This document shows, piece after piece, positions 27,187-35,471 of a stretch of 42,460 nucleotides of DNA. The number at the start of each line of letters is the position of its first letter. Position 1 is the first letter of the stretch. The position numbers were made by a program, and so were the translations under genes. This stretch comes from a virus (Duplodnaviria > Caudoviricetes): positions 1-42,460 of IMG/VR virus record IMGVR_UViG_3300049381_000006; one strand, written 5' to 3'. The notes below the pieces were generated by a model that was not told where the DNA came from, made no database searches, and was given only the letters and a program-made list of their open reading frames with translations.

Positions 27187-28662
27187 TTAGGTCGAACGGA
27201 TCTGCGGTCGCCCCTTCGCGAGCAGGCGGTGAAGCGCTTGGCTCATCGCATCAACTTGATCATCGTTCGCGCCGTTCGGAAAGCTCGCTGTTTCCTCTAC
27301 AAAGGCGCCGACCCACGGCGCTAGCGCCGCAGCCGGTAGGACGACGTTCCCGGCCTCGACGTACACGGCGATTGCCGACGCGCGGGCTTCCTTCGAGTCC
27401 TTCGGCGTGTACGCGATGACGCCCGGGACCTTCTTCCGGAGCTGCGAGATGATCGCCGGACCGTTGGCTTTGTCCTCGATCACCTTCGCGCGGGCCTGCG
27501 GCCACTTCGCCGCCAACTGCTCCAGCTTCGTACAGGTGACGGTGAAGTCCATCCGGTCGCGGACCTGGTCCAGCAGCCACGCGTTCACCCCGTTGGACGC
27601 CCACGCCTGCATGACGACGAAGTCGGAGTCCTTCGTGTCCTTGAACGCGGCATCGACGTGGATCTCGATGGTGACGGCGCCAGGGACGAACATCGTGCCG
27701 TCATCGCGTTGGACCGCTCGCGGGGTGTCGTAGTACTGCCACCAGTCCCGTTCGAAGATGCCGCCGCCGTCAGGGCTGGGCCGGCCTTGATAGAGAGCGT
27801 TCCACGCCCGCGGCCCTGCCGTCTTTTTGCGGTCCACCCACTCGTCGTGGGTTCGGCCGCGGGCGGACACCATGAACTCGCCGGGCTGGCGGCCGAGGAT
27901 GTCGAAGCCGAGGCAGCCGTCTTTGCCCGCGCATTTACACTCGGCGCCTTTTGCGGGATCGTGTTCGGCTTCGGCGGGGATGTTGATGAAGCGCCACTTG
28001 CCGGGGGCGTCTTCAACTAGCCGCCCGACGAGGTCTGCTTCGTGCCATCGGGTCATGATGACGACGACGATCGCACCGGGACCGAGGCGTGCGGAGCCGA
28101 CTTCTGTCCACCAGTCCCAGCAGCGTTTCCGGTACTTCTCCGAGTCGGCTTCCTGCCGGTCTTTGAGCGGATCATCTATCAGGAGCACGTCTACGGGACG
28201 TCCGGCTAGTCCGGAGCCGATACCGGCGGCGATCATGCCGCCGTCGAAGCCCTCCAGGCGCCACTCGCCGCCGGCACGGGTGTCCCGGCGTACGGCGATG
28301 CCCAGGTCCGGGTTTGATTCGATGTCGTTGCGGACGAGTTTGGCTGAGGTTAGCGCCAGGTCCTGCGCGTAGGAGACGACGGCGATGCGGAGGTGCGGGT
28401 TGCGTTGCAGCAGCCATGCTGGGAACGTTCGGGAGACGCGGGACGTTTTCCCTTCCTGTGGCGCGCAGGTGATGATCAGCCATGGCGAGACGCCGTTGAC
28501 AGCATCCACGAGCGCAGCGTCGATGATGTCCAACGCCGGGGTTTGGACTGTCCGCGCGTCCACGTACTTCGCCAACGCGCCGGGTGTCGCGAGCGTCAGC
28601 TTCTTCTTGTTCTGCTCCTCGCCGAGCCTGTCCCGGACCAGCCCGAGAACACGCGTGTTCAC
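27187..28662 (-). CDS. terL: Terminase large subunit
   Basis: Walker A APQEGKT, Walker B LLIDDP, TRWHEADL, LYQGRP, nuclease VDAAF, IEDKANG, FPNGANDDQVDA. Confidence 0.95.
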   Translation of the reverse strand: MNTRVLGLVRDRLGEEQNKKKLTLATPGALAKYVDARTVQTPALDIIDAALVDAVNGVSPWLIITCAPQEGKTSRVSRTFPAWLLQRNPHLRIAVVSYAQDLALTSAKLVRNDIESNPDLGIAVRRDTRAGGEWRLEGFDGGMIAAGIGSGLAGRPVDVLLIDDPLKDRQEADSEKYRKRCWDWWTEVGSARLGPGAIVVVIMTRWHEADLVGRLVEDAPGKWRFINIPAEAEHDPAKGAECKCAGKDGCLGFDILGRQPGEFMVSARGRTHDEWVDRKKTAGPRAWNALYQGRPSPDGGGIFERDWWQYYDTPRAVQRDDGTMFVPGAVTIEIHVDAAFKDTKDSDFVVMQAWASNGVNAWLLDQVRDRMDFTVTCTKLEQLAAKWPQARAKVIEDKANGPAIISQLRKKVPGVIAYTPKDSKEARASAIAVYVEAGNVVLPAAALAPWVGAFVEETASFPNGANDDQVDAMSQALHRLLAKGRPQIRST

Positions 28663-28877
28663 CGGGGCGCCTCGTGGTCGCAGTCGCCGTCGTCTCCGAA
28701 CGCGCATTGGTGCACGTCCTCCCACGGACATCGCGAGCAGCACCGGATGACGGTCTGACCGATGTGTACACCGCCACGGTCCTTGGGTCCGCTCCACAGC
28801 GGCGATATGTGGGTGCGCACGTCGTGCGGTGGGCAGTCGGACGCGACAACTTCATGGCCCGCGTCAGTGCTCTCCAT
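28659..28877 (-). CDS. Small Cys/His-rich hypothetical protein
   Basis: Coupled to terL; CPPH...CCSRC...C..C.H. Confidence 0.55.
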   Translation of the reverse strand: MESTDAGHEVVASDCPPHDVRTHISPLWSGPKDRGGVHIGQTVIRCCSRCPWEDVHQCAFGDDGDCDHEAPR

Positions 28878-28879
28878 GC

Positions 28880-29215
28880 CTAACCCCGCCTCGCAGACCA
28901 CGCCTGTGTCGGGCGCAGGTGAAGGGTCATCGTGTCGCCGTCCATTCCGGTGATCTCGTAGATGACCGGGTGGTCGTATACGTCGTTGCCGACGTGTAGC
29001 CCGCTACCCGCATATCCGAGGTGGAGGCGCCGCATGTCGGCGAGCGTCATCGTCGTCCGCTGGGGCGCGATGATGACCCTTCCTTGGTTTCCGTGGGGCG
29101 GTTTCGTCCAGGTGATGCCACCTATGGTCAGGGTCAGGTGTGCGGGCGGAGGTTCGGGTCGGGGCTCGAACACCAGCCGGTTCCACAGGTCGACGATGCG
29201 GGTCAGGGGGGTCAT
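28880..29215 (-). CDS. Hypothetical protein
   Basis: ATGA coupling with the upstream gene. Confidence 0.65.
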   Translation of the reverse strand: MTPLTRIVDLWNRLVFEPRPEPPPAHLTLTIGGITWTKPPHGNQGRVIIAPQRTTMTLADMRRLHLGYAGSGLHVGNDVYDHPVIYEITGMDGDTMTLHLRPTQAWSARRG

Positions 29216-29853
29216 GCGGATGGCCCTGCGGCGAGCTCGTCAAGGGCGGCCAGGATCAGCTTGTCGCCGAGGTCGGTGTCGCATTCTTCGCAGTAACCGT
29301 CCTCGTCGCGGACGTACCGGATGTGCCCGGCATCGCCGAGCGCGGCGTACACCTCGTACCGCCAACTGCTGCTGCCGAAGGGGCGTTTGCCGCTGAACTC
29401 GCCGTCTGTCCAGGCGCCGCGTGCGAGGGCGGCGAGGTATTCGCGGATGGTGGTGGCGTCGGCGTCGTTTTCGCCCATCGGGGTGGCGAGGATCTGCGCG
29501 GGGGTGGGCGCGGTCGAGGTAGATGCCGTCCTCTCAGAGATCACCACCGTGACGTTTCTCGGGTTGAGAGGGGTTTCCTCGCCGGTGAGGGGGTTGCGGT
29601 AAACGTAGCCAGTTCCATAGGCGTGCGCAGTGCGTATCAGTAGACGTCGATGCAGAACGGAGAGACCATCGAGTGCGGCGAGTTCGTTGATCCGGGCAAG
29701 CAGAGCAACCAGGACGGGTCGCTGGTGGCAGTAGCCGTGCGGGTCTTCCTTGTAGGACCACTCCTTGACGGCTTCCTCGGCTGCCGACCGGGCGGTGTCG
29801 TAGTTCAGGGCGTATCTCGTTTCCGCCTGCCCGGCCGTGAAGTGGGCACTCAT
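29212..29853 (-). CDS. Mosaic hypothetical protein with a portal-like internal segment
   Basis: ATGA coupling; C-terminal NDADATTIREYL...FSGKRPFG domain; internal YGTGYVY...PLNPRNVTV. Confidence 0.7.
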   Translation of the reverse strand: MSAHFTAGQAETRYALNYDTARSAAEEAVKEWSYKEDPHGYCHQRPVLVALLARINELAALDGLSVLHRRLLIRTAHAYGTGYVYRNPLTGEETPLNPRNVTVVISERTASTSTAPTPAQILATPMGENDADATTIREYLAALARGAWTDGEFSGKRPFGSSSWRYEVYAALGDAGHIRYVRDEDGYCEECDTDLGDKLILAALDELAAGPSA

Positions 29854-30215
29854 CGGGGCTCCAGTCTGGGCTTGTCCGCTGTTTCGTCGATGACGACTGG
29901 CACGCCGAACAGCGTCGGCGTGCGCCCGCCCCGGTAGATGCCGTTCCGCTGGTGGCGTTGGTGCAGCCACCGCGCGAACGCCCGATGCTCGCTGGACATC
30001 ACCGCCCGGTACTCGCCTGCGGGTCGTTCGGCGACTTGGGCGATGAACGCGCGCATCATCGTCTCGAACTCCTGCTCGGCACGCATCCGGGCGATGGCGT
30101 CGCGGGCTTCGTCGTCGGTCACGATGTGCCCGTCTCCGATCATCGCGTCGTCGAGGCGCTGCATGTAGCCGCGCGTCAGCTCCAGTTGGATCGTGGTGGC
30201 GAAGTCGTTGCTCAT
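29850..30215 (-). CDS. Hypothetical protein ending in an HK97 capsid A-domain-like segment
   Basis: AVMSS...NGIY...PTLFGVPVVIDET. Confidence 0.7.
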   Translation of the reverse strand: MSNDFATTIQLELTRGYMQRLDDAMIGDGHIVTDDEARDAIARMRAEQEFETMMRAFIAQVAERPAGEYRAVMSSEHRAFARWLHQRHQRNGIYRGGRTPTLFGVPVVIDETADKPRLEPR

Positions 30216-30850
30216 GCCGTGCCGTCCGGGTCGTCGCGTAGCCAGTTCTTGCCTTTGTCGGTCAGGAACGCGCGCCGTAATGCGACCCCGAAGTTGAGCA
30301 GCCCTCGATCAAGGTCGCGGTTGTAGGCGGCAAGCACGACTTTCGCGGGGAACCGCCGACATAGGTGCTCCCACGCGTAGGTGTCGTGTTCTTTGATGTG
30401 TTGGAGCAGCATGCGGGTGGTGACGTCGGATCGTTTCCACCTGCGGTGGAGGGGTTCGAGCCTCGGGACGGACACCGTTTCGTCGATCTTGATGGGGAGC
30501 GCGAAGATCTGGGCCAGGTTGCCAAACGCAGGCGGAGAGGACATCACCTCTCGGACCGCGTCAGCGAGACGGACCGCGTCCAGGTGCTTCGACGACATGA
30601 CGATCTTCATCGGCTCAGCCCTCGGCAGATCCCGGAACCTCGCCAACGTCTCCCGGATGGTCGCCGGTGGTGGCGGCGGCGGCGGCACGGCGAAGGCGTA
30701 CGCGCCCTCCTCCTGCCGCTCCGGCGGCCCCAAAATCCGCCTCATCGCGGCGGATATGGCGTCCGACGGTGTCCACAGGAACACGTCGACCATGCGCCGC
30801 TCCAGCCCGGCGATGCGCGTGAAGTCCTCGGACCGCAGCATGCCGCTCAC
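30212..30850 (-). CDS. Hypothetical protein: capsid A-domain-like segment plus C-terminal winged-helix-like domain
   Basis: IVMSSKH...QIFALPIKIDET..PRLEP; C-terminal RGLL.FG....FLTDKG. Confidence 0.7.
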   Translation of the reverse strand: MSGMLRSEDFTRIAGLERRMVDVFLWTPSDAISAAMRRILGPPERQEEGAYAFAVPPPPPPPATIRETLARFRDLPRAEPMKIVMSSKHLDAVRLADAVREVMSSPPAFGNLAQIFALPIKIDETVSVPRLEPLHRRWKRSDVTTRMLLQHIKEHDTYAWEHLCRRFPAKVVLAAYNRDLDRGLLNFGVALRRAFLTDKGKNWLRDDPDGTA

Positions 30851-31302
30851 CGGTCCCTCCACGTGACCTGGTGGTCGATCCCGTGATGCAGCACCGCTGG
30901 GCCGAGCCTGCATGTCATCTCCGGTGCGGCCGGGTAGGCGCGGAACCGCCGCAGGTCCACCGACAGGGTGACGTCGGTGCGCCGGGCGGTCGACGTCACC
31001 GGAGGGCGGCGGCGGACCAACCAACCGAGCCACCATGTGCCTGCGTAGGCTTCCTTGAAGTGCTGCCACCACGACGCGGGCGCGGTGACCGTGAACGTGC
31101 GCGTGGTCTCGAAGTGCTCCGGCGGCAGGTCTTCCGTCCACACCTGCGTGCTGAGTTCTAGGAGCATGTCGTCCGCGTAGAAGTCGATACCGGGCTCGGC
31201 GCTGAACCGTAGGCGTGCGGCCATCTCGCCGCTGATCCGCCTGGTCGCACCGAGTTTCCGCAGATCGATCAGTGCCTCGGTGAAGGTTCCCTCGGATCTC
31301 AC
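30847..31302 (-). CDS. Hypothetical phage protein
   Basis: PASWWQHFK...WL.RR.P pattern; coupled overlaps. Confidence 0.7.
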   Translation of the reverse strand: MRSEGTFTEALIDLRKLGATRRISGEMAARLRFSAEPGIDFYADDMLLELSTQVWTEDLPPEHFETTRTFTVTAPASWWQHFKEAYAGTWWLGWLVRRRPPVTSTARRTDVTLSVDLRRFRAYPAAPEMTCRLGPAVLHHGIDHQVTWRDR

Positions 31303-31922
31303 TGCGCTGCTCCCGCCGGGACGAGGGTCAGGTGCCCGCGCATGACCTCACGCGCCCGGACGGCTGCAGGCCCGGCGACGCCGGCTGAGGCGAGCCCGGC
31401 TTCCATGGCCCGGATGACCATGGCTGCGGTGGCTTCGTCGATCGCGGCCAACCGTTCGTCGATCTTCAGCTTCGCGATGTTCACCAACACCGTGTTGCAG
31501 CGGTCCATCGCCCGTTCCAGCAGTTGTACTTCGCCGCGGATCTGCTCGGTGTCGATGTTCGACGCGTACCGGAGCTTTTGTAGGTCGACCCTGTCTGCGA
31601 GCGCGTTCTTCCATGCGACGACTTCGCCGGCCAGCTGCTGCAACGCGCGCAGCGGGTCGCCGATCGGTGGCGCGTCGAGGATCTGCACTGCTTCGGTGAT
31701 TTCGCGGCGTGCCAGTTCGGCTCGGGCGGCTTTGCGTGCTTGTGGTGCTCTCCCGCCGTGGGAGTCGCATACCTTCAGCCCGTGTATGGGGTATTTCTTG
31801 CACGGCACGAGTTCGCCGTGTTCGAGGTCCCGGTGGCTGGTGCATTTGCGGGGGTCGTGGGGTTTGTCGCACCGGCCTTTGGGGCAGGGGATGGTGGCGG
31901 GTTTCGGTGCGGCGGCGGTCAA
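31299..31922 (-). CDS. Putative terminase small subunit (HGG-motif zinc finger plus helical domain)
   Basis: C...PC....G..VC..HGG.APQ motif, then an oligomerisation-type helical region; GGAGG RBS and TTG start overlapping the upstream TGA. Confidence 0.65.
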   Translation of the reverse strand: MTAAAPKPATIPCPKGRCDKPHDPRKCTSHRDLEHGELVPCKKYPIHGLKVCDSHGGRAPQARKAARAELARREITEAVQILDAPPIGDPLRALQQLAGEVVAWKNALADRVDLQKLRYASNIDTEQIRGEVQLLERAMDRCNTVLVNIAKLKIDERLAAIDEATAAMVIRAMEAGLASAGVAGPAAVRAREVMRGHLTLVPAGAAQ

Positions 31923-32107
31923 CGGTCGGCCCTCCAGGTTTTGACCGCGATGGGGCCGAGGTGCCAGTTCCAGCCTTCGGTCGCGTGGTTGTACTGGGCG
32001 CCGATGAGCCAGGTGCGACGGAATGCGCCGAGCACGAACTGGCGGGAGCCGATCCGGAATCGGCAGTCGGCGCGGAGCCAGCGGCGGAACCGGGCGAGGC
32101 CGGTCAC
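31919..32107 (-). CDS. Small Trp/Arg-rich hypothetical protein
   Basis: Coupled overlaps at both ends. Confidence 0.55.
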   Translation of the reverse strand: MTGLARFRRWLRADCRFRIGSRQFVLGAFRRTWLIGAQYNHATEGWNWHLGPIAVKTWRADR

Positions 32108-32358
32108 GGCGCTTCCGCCCGTGTGGGGTGGTCGTCCCCGTCGTCGGCCTGTGTCGTCTCCGTGCAGGCTGCCGTGAAGGCGCGCATCTTGGGCACCCAC
32201 TCATCGGCGAGACGGGTCAGTCGTTCAGGGACGCCGTCCAGCAGGACGCCGGACACGGTGACGTCGGCGTCATGGAACTCCAAACCTTCACCGGCGGCAC
32301 CGTATAGCGGCAGGAACTGGTGGTTTAGCAGGTCGAACCAGTCCGTGGCGTCGGGCAT
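32104..32358 (-). CDS. Small protein containing a near-copy of a portal segment
   Basis: DLLNHQFLPLYGAAGEGLE vs portal DMLNFQLLPLYGPTGEGLE (14/19 identical); start could alternatively be 32391. Confidence 0.7.
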   Translation of the reverse strand: MPDATDWFDLLNHQFLPLYGAAGEGLEFHDADVTVSGVLLDGVPERLTRLADEWVPKMRAFTAACTETTQADDGDDHPTRAEAP

Positions 32359-32366
32359 GTTATCGG

Positions 32367-32609
32367 TCACGACGACTGCCTTTTGTGCCATGTCCGCAGG
32401 TCGGTGAGCCCGATCCACAGCAGGACCTTGTTGAGGTTGTGCACGTCGGGCAGGCGCCCACGGCCGAGGTTCGTGTACACGTGCGTGGAGTGGAGGTCGG
32501 CTTGTTCGGCGGCTTTGCGCCAGGAGATGCGTAGGCCGCGTCGTTTCTGGTCGGCGGCGTGGTAGATCGCTTCGGGGTCGAGCGTTGGTGGGCGGGTTGT
32601 GGTTGCCAC
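32367..32609 (-). CDS. HTH (XRE-like) DNA-binding protein
   Basis: RR...ISWRKAAEQADL....TNLGRGRLPDV...LLWIG. Confidence 0.75.
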   Translation of the reverse strand: MATTTRPPTLDPEAIYHAADQKRRGLRISWRKAAEQADLHSTHVYTNLGRGRLPDVHNLNKVLLWIGLTDLRTWHKRQSS

Positions 32610-32716
32610 GGGTCCCCCCTGTTCGTGCGGGTCGGGCGATTTGATCAGTACACCATAATGTTCGCAGTGCGCGGTATGGAGCCCACGTCGATCAGCCGCG
32701 TGGGGATGGTGTCGGC

Positions 32717-33016
32717 TTACGGTGCGTGCAAGTGCGACACCATCGTTAGATGAACACCGATATCCGCCACGCCGCTCGCGAGCACCCGACCAGCGGCATC
32801 AACAACCTGCCACGCACCCGGCTTCAGCGGGTAGACGCGGTGAACGGGGATGCCGAACAGCGTCGGGTTGAGCAGCCGTTTTCCCTCCGCGATCGGGTCG
32901 AGCACGTCGGGGCTGCCCTCGAACCGCATGCCCCACGGCGGGTCGTACTGGTGTTGGGCTGCGATCCGGCTGACCGGTTCCAGGATCAGCAGCCCGATCT
33001 CGGCGCGCTCGCTCAT
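32717..33016 (-). CDS. Small protein resembling the HK97 capsid A-domain
   Basis: RFEGSPDVL...PTLFGIPVHRVYPLKPGAWQVVD. Confidence 0.65.
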   Translation of the reverse strand: MSERAEIGLLILEPVSRIAAQHQYDPPWGMRFEGSPDVLDPIAEGKRLLNPTLFGIPVHRVYPLKPGAWQVVDAAGRVLASGVADIGVHLTMVSHLHAP

Positions 33017-33264
33017 GCCGCCCACTCGTCTTCCGCGCGCAGTTCGTGACGCTTGGTCAGCTCGGCGAGCGCGTGCAGCGCCTCGTCGACGAGGCGCCCC
33101 AACGCCGCGACCGCTTCTTCGTGCGTGACGCCGGTGTAGTCATCGCCAGCGACCTTCCACCGGTCGCATTGGTGGGGGAGGCTGACCTGCCATAGGTCGG
33201 CGGGGTTGTCGAACTCGTCGTCGGTTTGCTTGACCCGGAATCCGAACGGCTCGCGGTCGCTCAT
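33013..33264 (-). CDS. Hypothetical protein
   Basis: GGAGG RBS, ATGA coupling. Confidence 0.7.
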   Translation of the reverse strand: MSDREPFGFRVKQTDDEFDNPADLWQVSLPHQCDRWKVAGDDYTGVTHEEAVAALGRLVDEALHALAELTKRHELRAEDEWAA

Positions 33265-33674
33265 GCCACACCTCCGGCCTTGCTGCGTTCGCGCACCGCT
33301 TGTGCCCGCTGCCGATCAGCGGGCGCGAGCGGCGTCGGCATTCCTATGGCCTCGTGGATGCGTTCGTAGACGCCGTCAAGCGTCAGGTCGACCGAGACGT
33401 GCTCCCACGACAGCGGTCCGATGAGCCGGGTAAGGCCGATGATGCGGCCGACTATGCCGTCACACTGGATTGACCAGGTTCCGTCGGCCGAGTGTCTCCG
33501 CGCTTCTGCCAGGTCCGTCCACGCCAGTTCGAGCAGCCATCGCAGGGCCGCGTCGGGTGTGGCGTATTCCTCGGTCTGGCCGGCTTGGGTGACGGCTTCG
33601 TCGACGGATTCGAGGGTGGTCCGCTTGCGCCAGCGGTGCGCCAGTTCGGACGCGCTCAGCTCCTGCTCGCTCAT
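33261..33674 (-). CDS. Hypothetical protein
   Basis: ATGA coupling; GC3 bias. Confidence 0.7.
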   Translation of the reverse strand: MSEQELSASELAHRWRKRTTLESVDEAVTQAGQTEEYATPDAALRWLLELAWTDLAEARRHSADGTWSIQCDGIVGRIIGLTRLIGPLSWEHVSVDLTLDGVYERIHEAIGMPTPLAPADRQRAQAVRERSKAGGVA

Positions 33675-33946
33675 GCCGCCCAGTCCTCTCGCCAGTCCGG
33701 GTGAGACCGGTACACGGACGCGAGCAGCCGCTCTACCTGATGGAGCAGGCCCTTCATCGCCAGCGCATCGCCGAGCAGTCCGGGATTGTCGATCGCCCCC
33801 GCGCAGTGCTCCAGGATCGCGTGCCTGGCATCGATCTCGGCCAAGGCACGTTCGGCATCGCCTGTTGCACCGGGCCGCATCGCCTGGTGCGTGTCTTCGG
33901 TGTGCCGGTCCGCGAGGAACGCGACCAGGCCGTTGGTGTCCGTCAT
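33671..33946 (-). CDS. DUF6221-like protein (short form)
   Basis: LVAFLADR.ED...RALAEIDAR..IL...LLASVYRSHPDWREDW. Confidence 0.75.
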   Translation of the reverse strand: MTDTNGLVAFLADRHTEDTHQAMRPGATGDAERALAEIDARHAILEHCAGAIDNPGLLGDALAMKGLLHQVERLLASVYRSHPDWREDWAA

Positions 33947-34269
33947 GCCGCAGCCTGCCCGCTCGCGAGGATCGCCGCCGCGAACCGGGGGCAGCTCATC
34001 AGGTACTTCCGGTCGCAGCCACAACCCTCACTGTCGTGGATCTTCGTCGCCTTCTCAAGCAGGTCGGCCCGCTCGATCACCGACTCGCCTACCGGCGCCC
34101 GGTCGAGGCGGTCAAGCACCCCGGCTGCCGCGAGCGCGTCAGCGGCCGTACCGATGACGATCGCGGTGTGGCGCTGTTCAGGGGTGCGGCCGGGCACGGC
34201 TTCATCCGCGTCGGTCGCCGTGGTGAACTTCCCGTGCTCGTCGCGCACCCGTTCGTCCCTGTTCGTCAT
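33943..34269 (-). CDS. Hypothetical protein with N-terminal RDEHGKF motif
   Basis: ATGA coupling; C-terminal H...CGC....C cluster. Confidence 0.65.
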   Translation of the reverse strand: MTNRDERVRDEHGKFTTATDADEAVPGRTPEQRHTAIVIGTAADALAAAGVLDRLDRAPVGESVIERADLLEKATKIHDSEGCGCDRKYLMSCPRFAAAILASGQAAA

Positions 34270-34655
34270 GTCGCGTCGCTTCCGTCGTTGATGAGCCCGT
34301 CGTGCCTCGCAACCGCCGCATAGCGGCCGGCCTCCGGCATGGCGTTGAGCAGCGCCGCCAGCTCGTCACAGATCTGCCGCGTGCTCCGTCCGAGCCCTTC
34401 GGTGACCGCCGGCGCTTCGGGTGGCAGGCCCGCGATCGGCCGACCCTCGAAGTAGGGCGCGTCCAAGTCGGCGTCCGACCATCCGTTGTAGTACGGCTCA
34501 ATCACGCCGTTGAGGTTGTAGTCGTCGATCACGGCGTGCAGCGGCCCGCCCGTCGGGTGGATGGCGTACAACTCACCGATCAGCTCGACTGCCCGTTTGA
34601 CCTGCTCGTTCCAGGTGGTCGGCGAGCCCGCGTTCTCCCAGCACTCAACGCACAT
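34266..34655 (-). CDS. Hypothetical phage protein
   Basis: MCVECW...GGPLHAVIDDYNL motif. Confidence 0.7.
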   Translation of the reverse strand: MCVECWENAGSPTTWNEQVKRAVELIGELYAIHPTGGPLHAVIDDYNLNGVIEPYYNGWSDADLDAPYFEGRPIAGLPPEAPAVTEGLGRSTRQICDELAALLNAMPEAGRYAAVARHDGLINDGSDAT

Positions 34656-35091
34656 CGGTCGCCCATTCCTCTTGCCGGCCCGGATGCGCCCGGTAGACGC
34701 CCGTGATGTCCCGGACGTCCGCGCAGGGCCACGCCTGGCCGTGGCAGCGGTTGCAGACCAGCGTGCCCCAGTGTGGCGCCTCGCAGGTGCGACACCCGCC
34801 CATCGCGTGCGGGCTATGCCGGGCGATGATCGCCCGCTTCGCCCCGACCTCCGCCAGCACCCGAGCCGGGTCGTGGCGTGCGATGTGCTCGACCAAGCCC
34901 GGTGCGAACTCTCGGCCCTCGTGCGGGTAGGCGAGGCACCACCCGTTGCGAGTACCGAGCGCGTGCGCGTCTCGAACGATCCATTCGCCGGTCCACGGCG
35001 GGCTGTTGTCATCCACGGCCCGCGCGGTCGCCTCGTCCTCGGCCAGCCGCACGGTGAGAAATTCGACGATCTCCATATTCTCGCCGCTCAC
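34645..35091 (-). CDS. DUF6221-like protein
   Basis: IVEFL..RLAEDE..A...HIARHDPARVLAEV.AKR.II...WPC...VY..HPG.QEEW. Confidence 0.8.
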   Translation of the reverse strand: MSGENMEIVEFLTVRLAEDEATARAVDDNSPPWTGEWIVRDAHALGTRNGWCLAYPHEGREFAPGLVEHIARHDPARVLAEVGAKRAIIARHSPHAMGGCRTCEAPHWGTLVCNRCHGQAWPCADVRDITGVYRAHPGRQEEWATDVR

Positions 35092-35471
35092 AGTTCGATT
35101 CCGTATCCGTCGGACAGCAAGAGCAGTGTCGGGCACGGGTACGCCGACTCAGCGTAGAGGTGGCTCCCCTCCAGGCACGTCTGGCAGATCGGGTCGCCCG
35201 CGACCGCGACATACGGGGCGTGCAGGTCGAGGATCTTCCGGTGCGCGGCGACCATCCGCAGCGTCCGGACGGGGCAGGTTGCCACGATGTGCGCGGCCGT
35301 CGCCCGGGTCTGGTTCGAGCTCAGCGCGAACGCGTCGGCGACCGTCACACCGTCGACCGCGATAACCTCGTCTTGCTCCGGGTTCGCCGACCACGGTCCG
35401 GGGCTCGCGGCGAGCGCTATCCGCTCCGCCTCGTCGATCGCCTCACGCAGTCTCGTGATCAAGTCGCTCAT
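35088..35471 (-). CDS. DUF6221-like protein
   Basis: RLREAIDEAERIA.AA.PGPW...AAHIV...P.R.LR.VAAHRKIL.LH...C.TC...YPCPTL. Confidence 0.75.
   Translation of the reverse strand: MSDLITRLREAIDEAERIALAASPGPWSANPEQDEVIAVDGVTVADAFALSSNQTRATAAHIVATCPVRTLRMVAAHRKILDLHAPYVAVAGDPICQTCLEGSHLYAESAYPCPTLLLLSDGYGIEL

Noticed and set aside
27890-27965. Possible intein in TerL
   Set aside because: The insert is only about 20 aa and has no intein C-terminal HN-[CST] motif.
32610-32716. Relatively AT-rich intergenic gap as a late promoter (also 27076..27186)
   Set aside because: The position is plausible, but I could not identify convincing -35/-10 pairs by eye.
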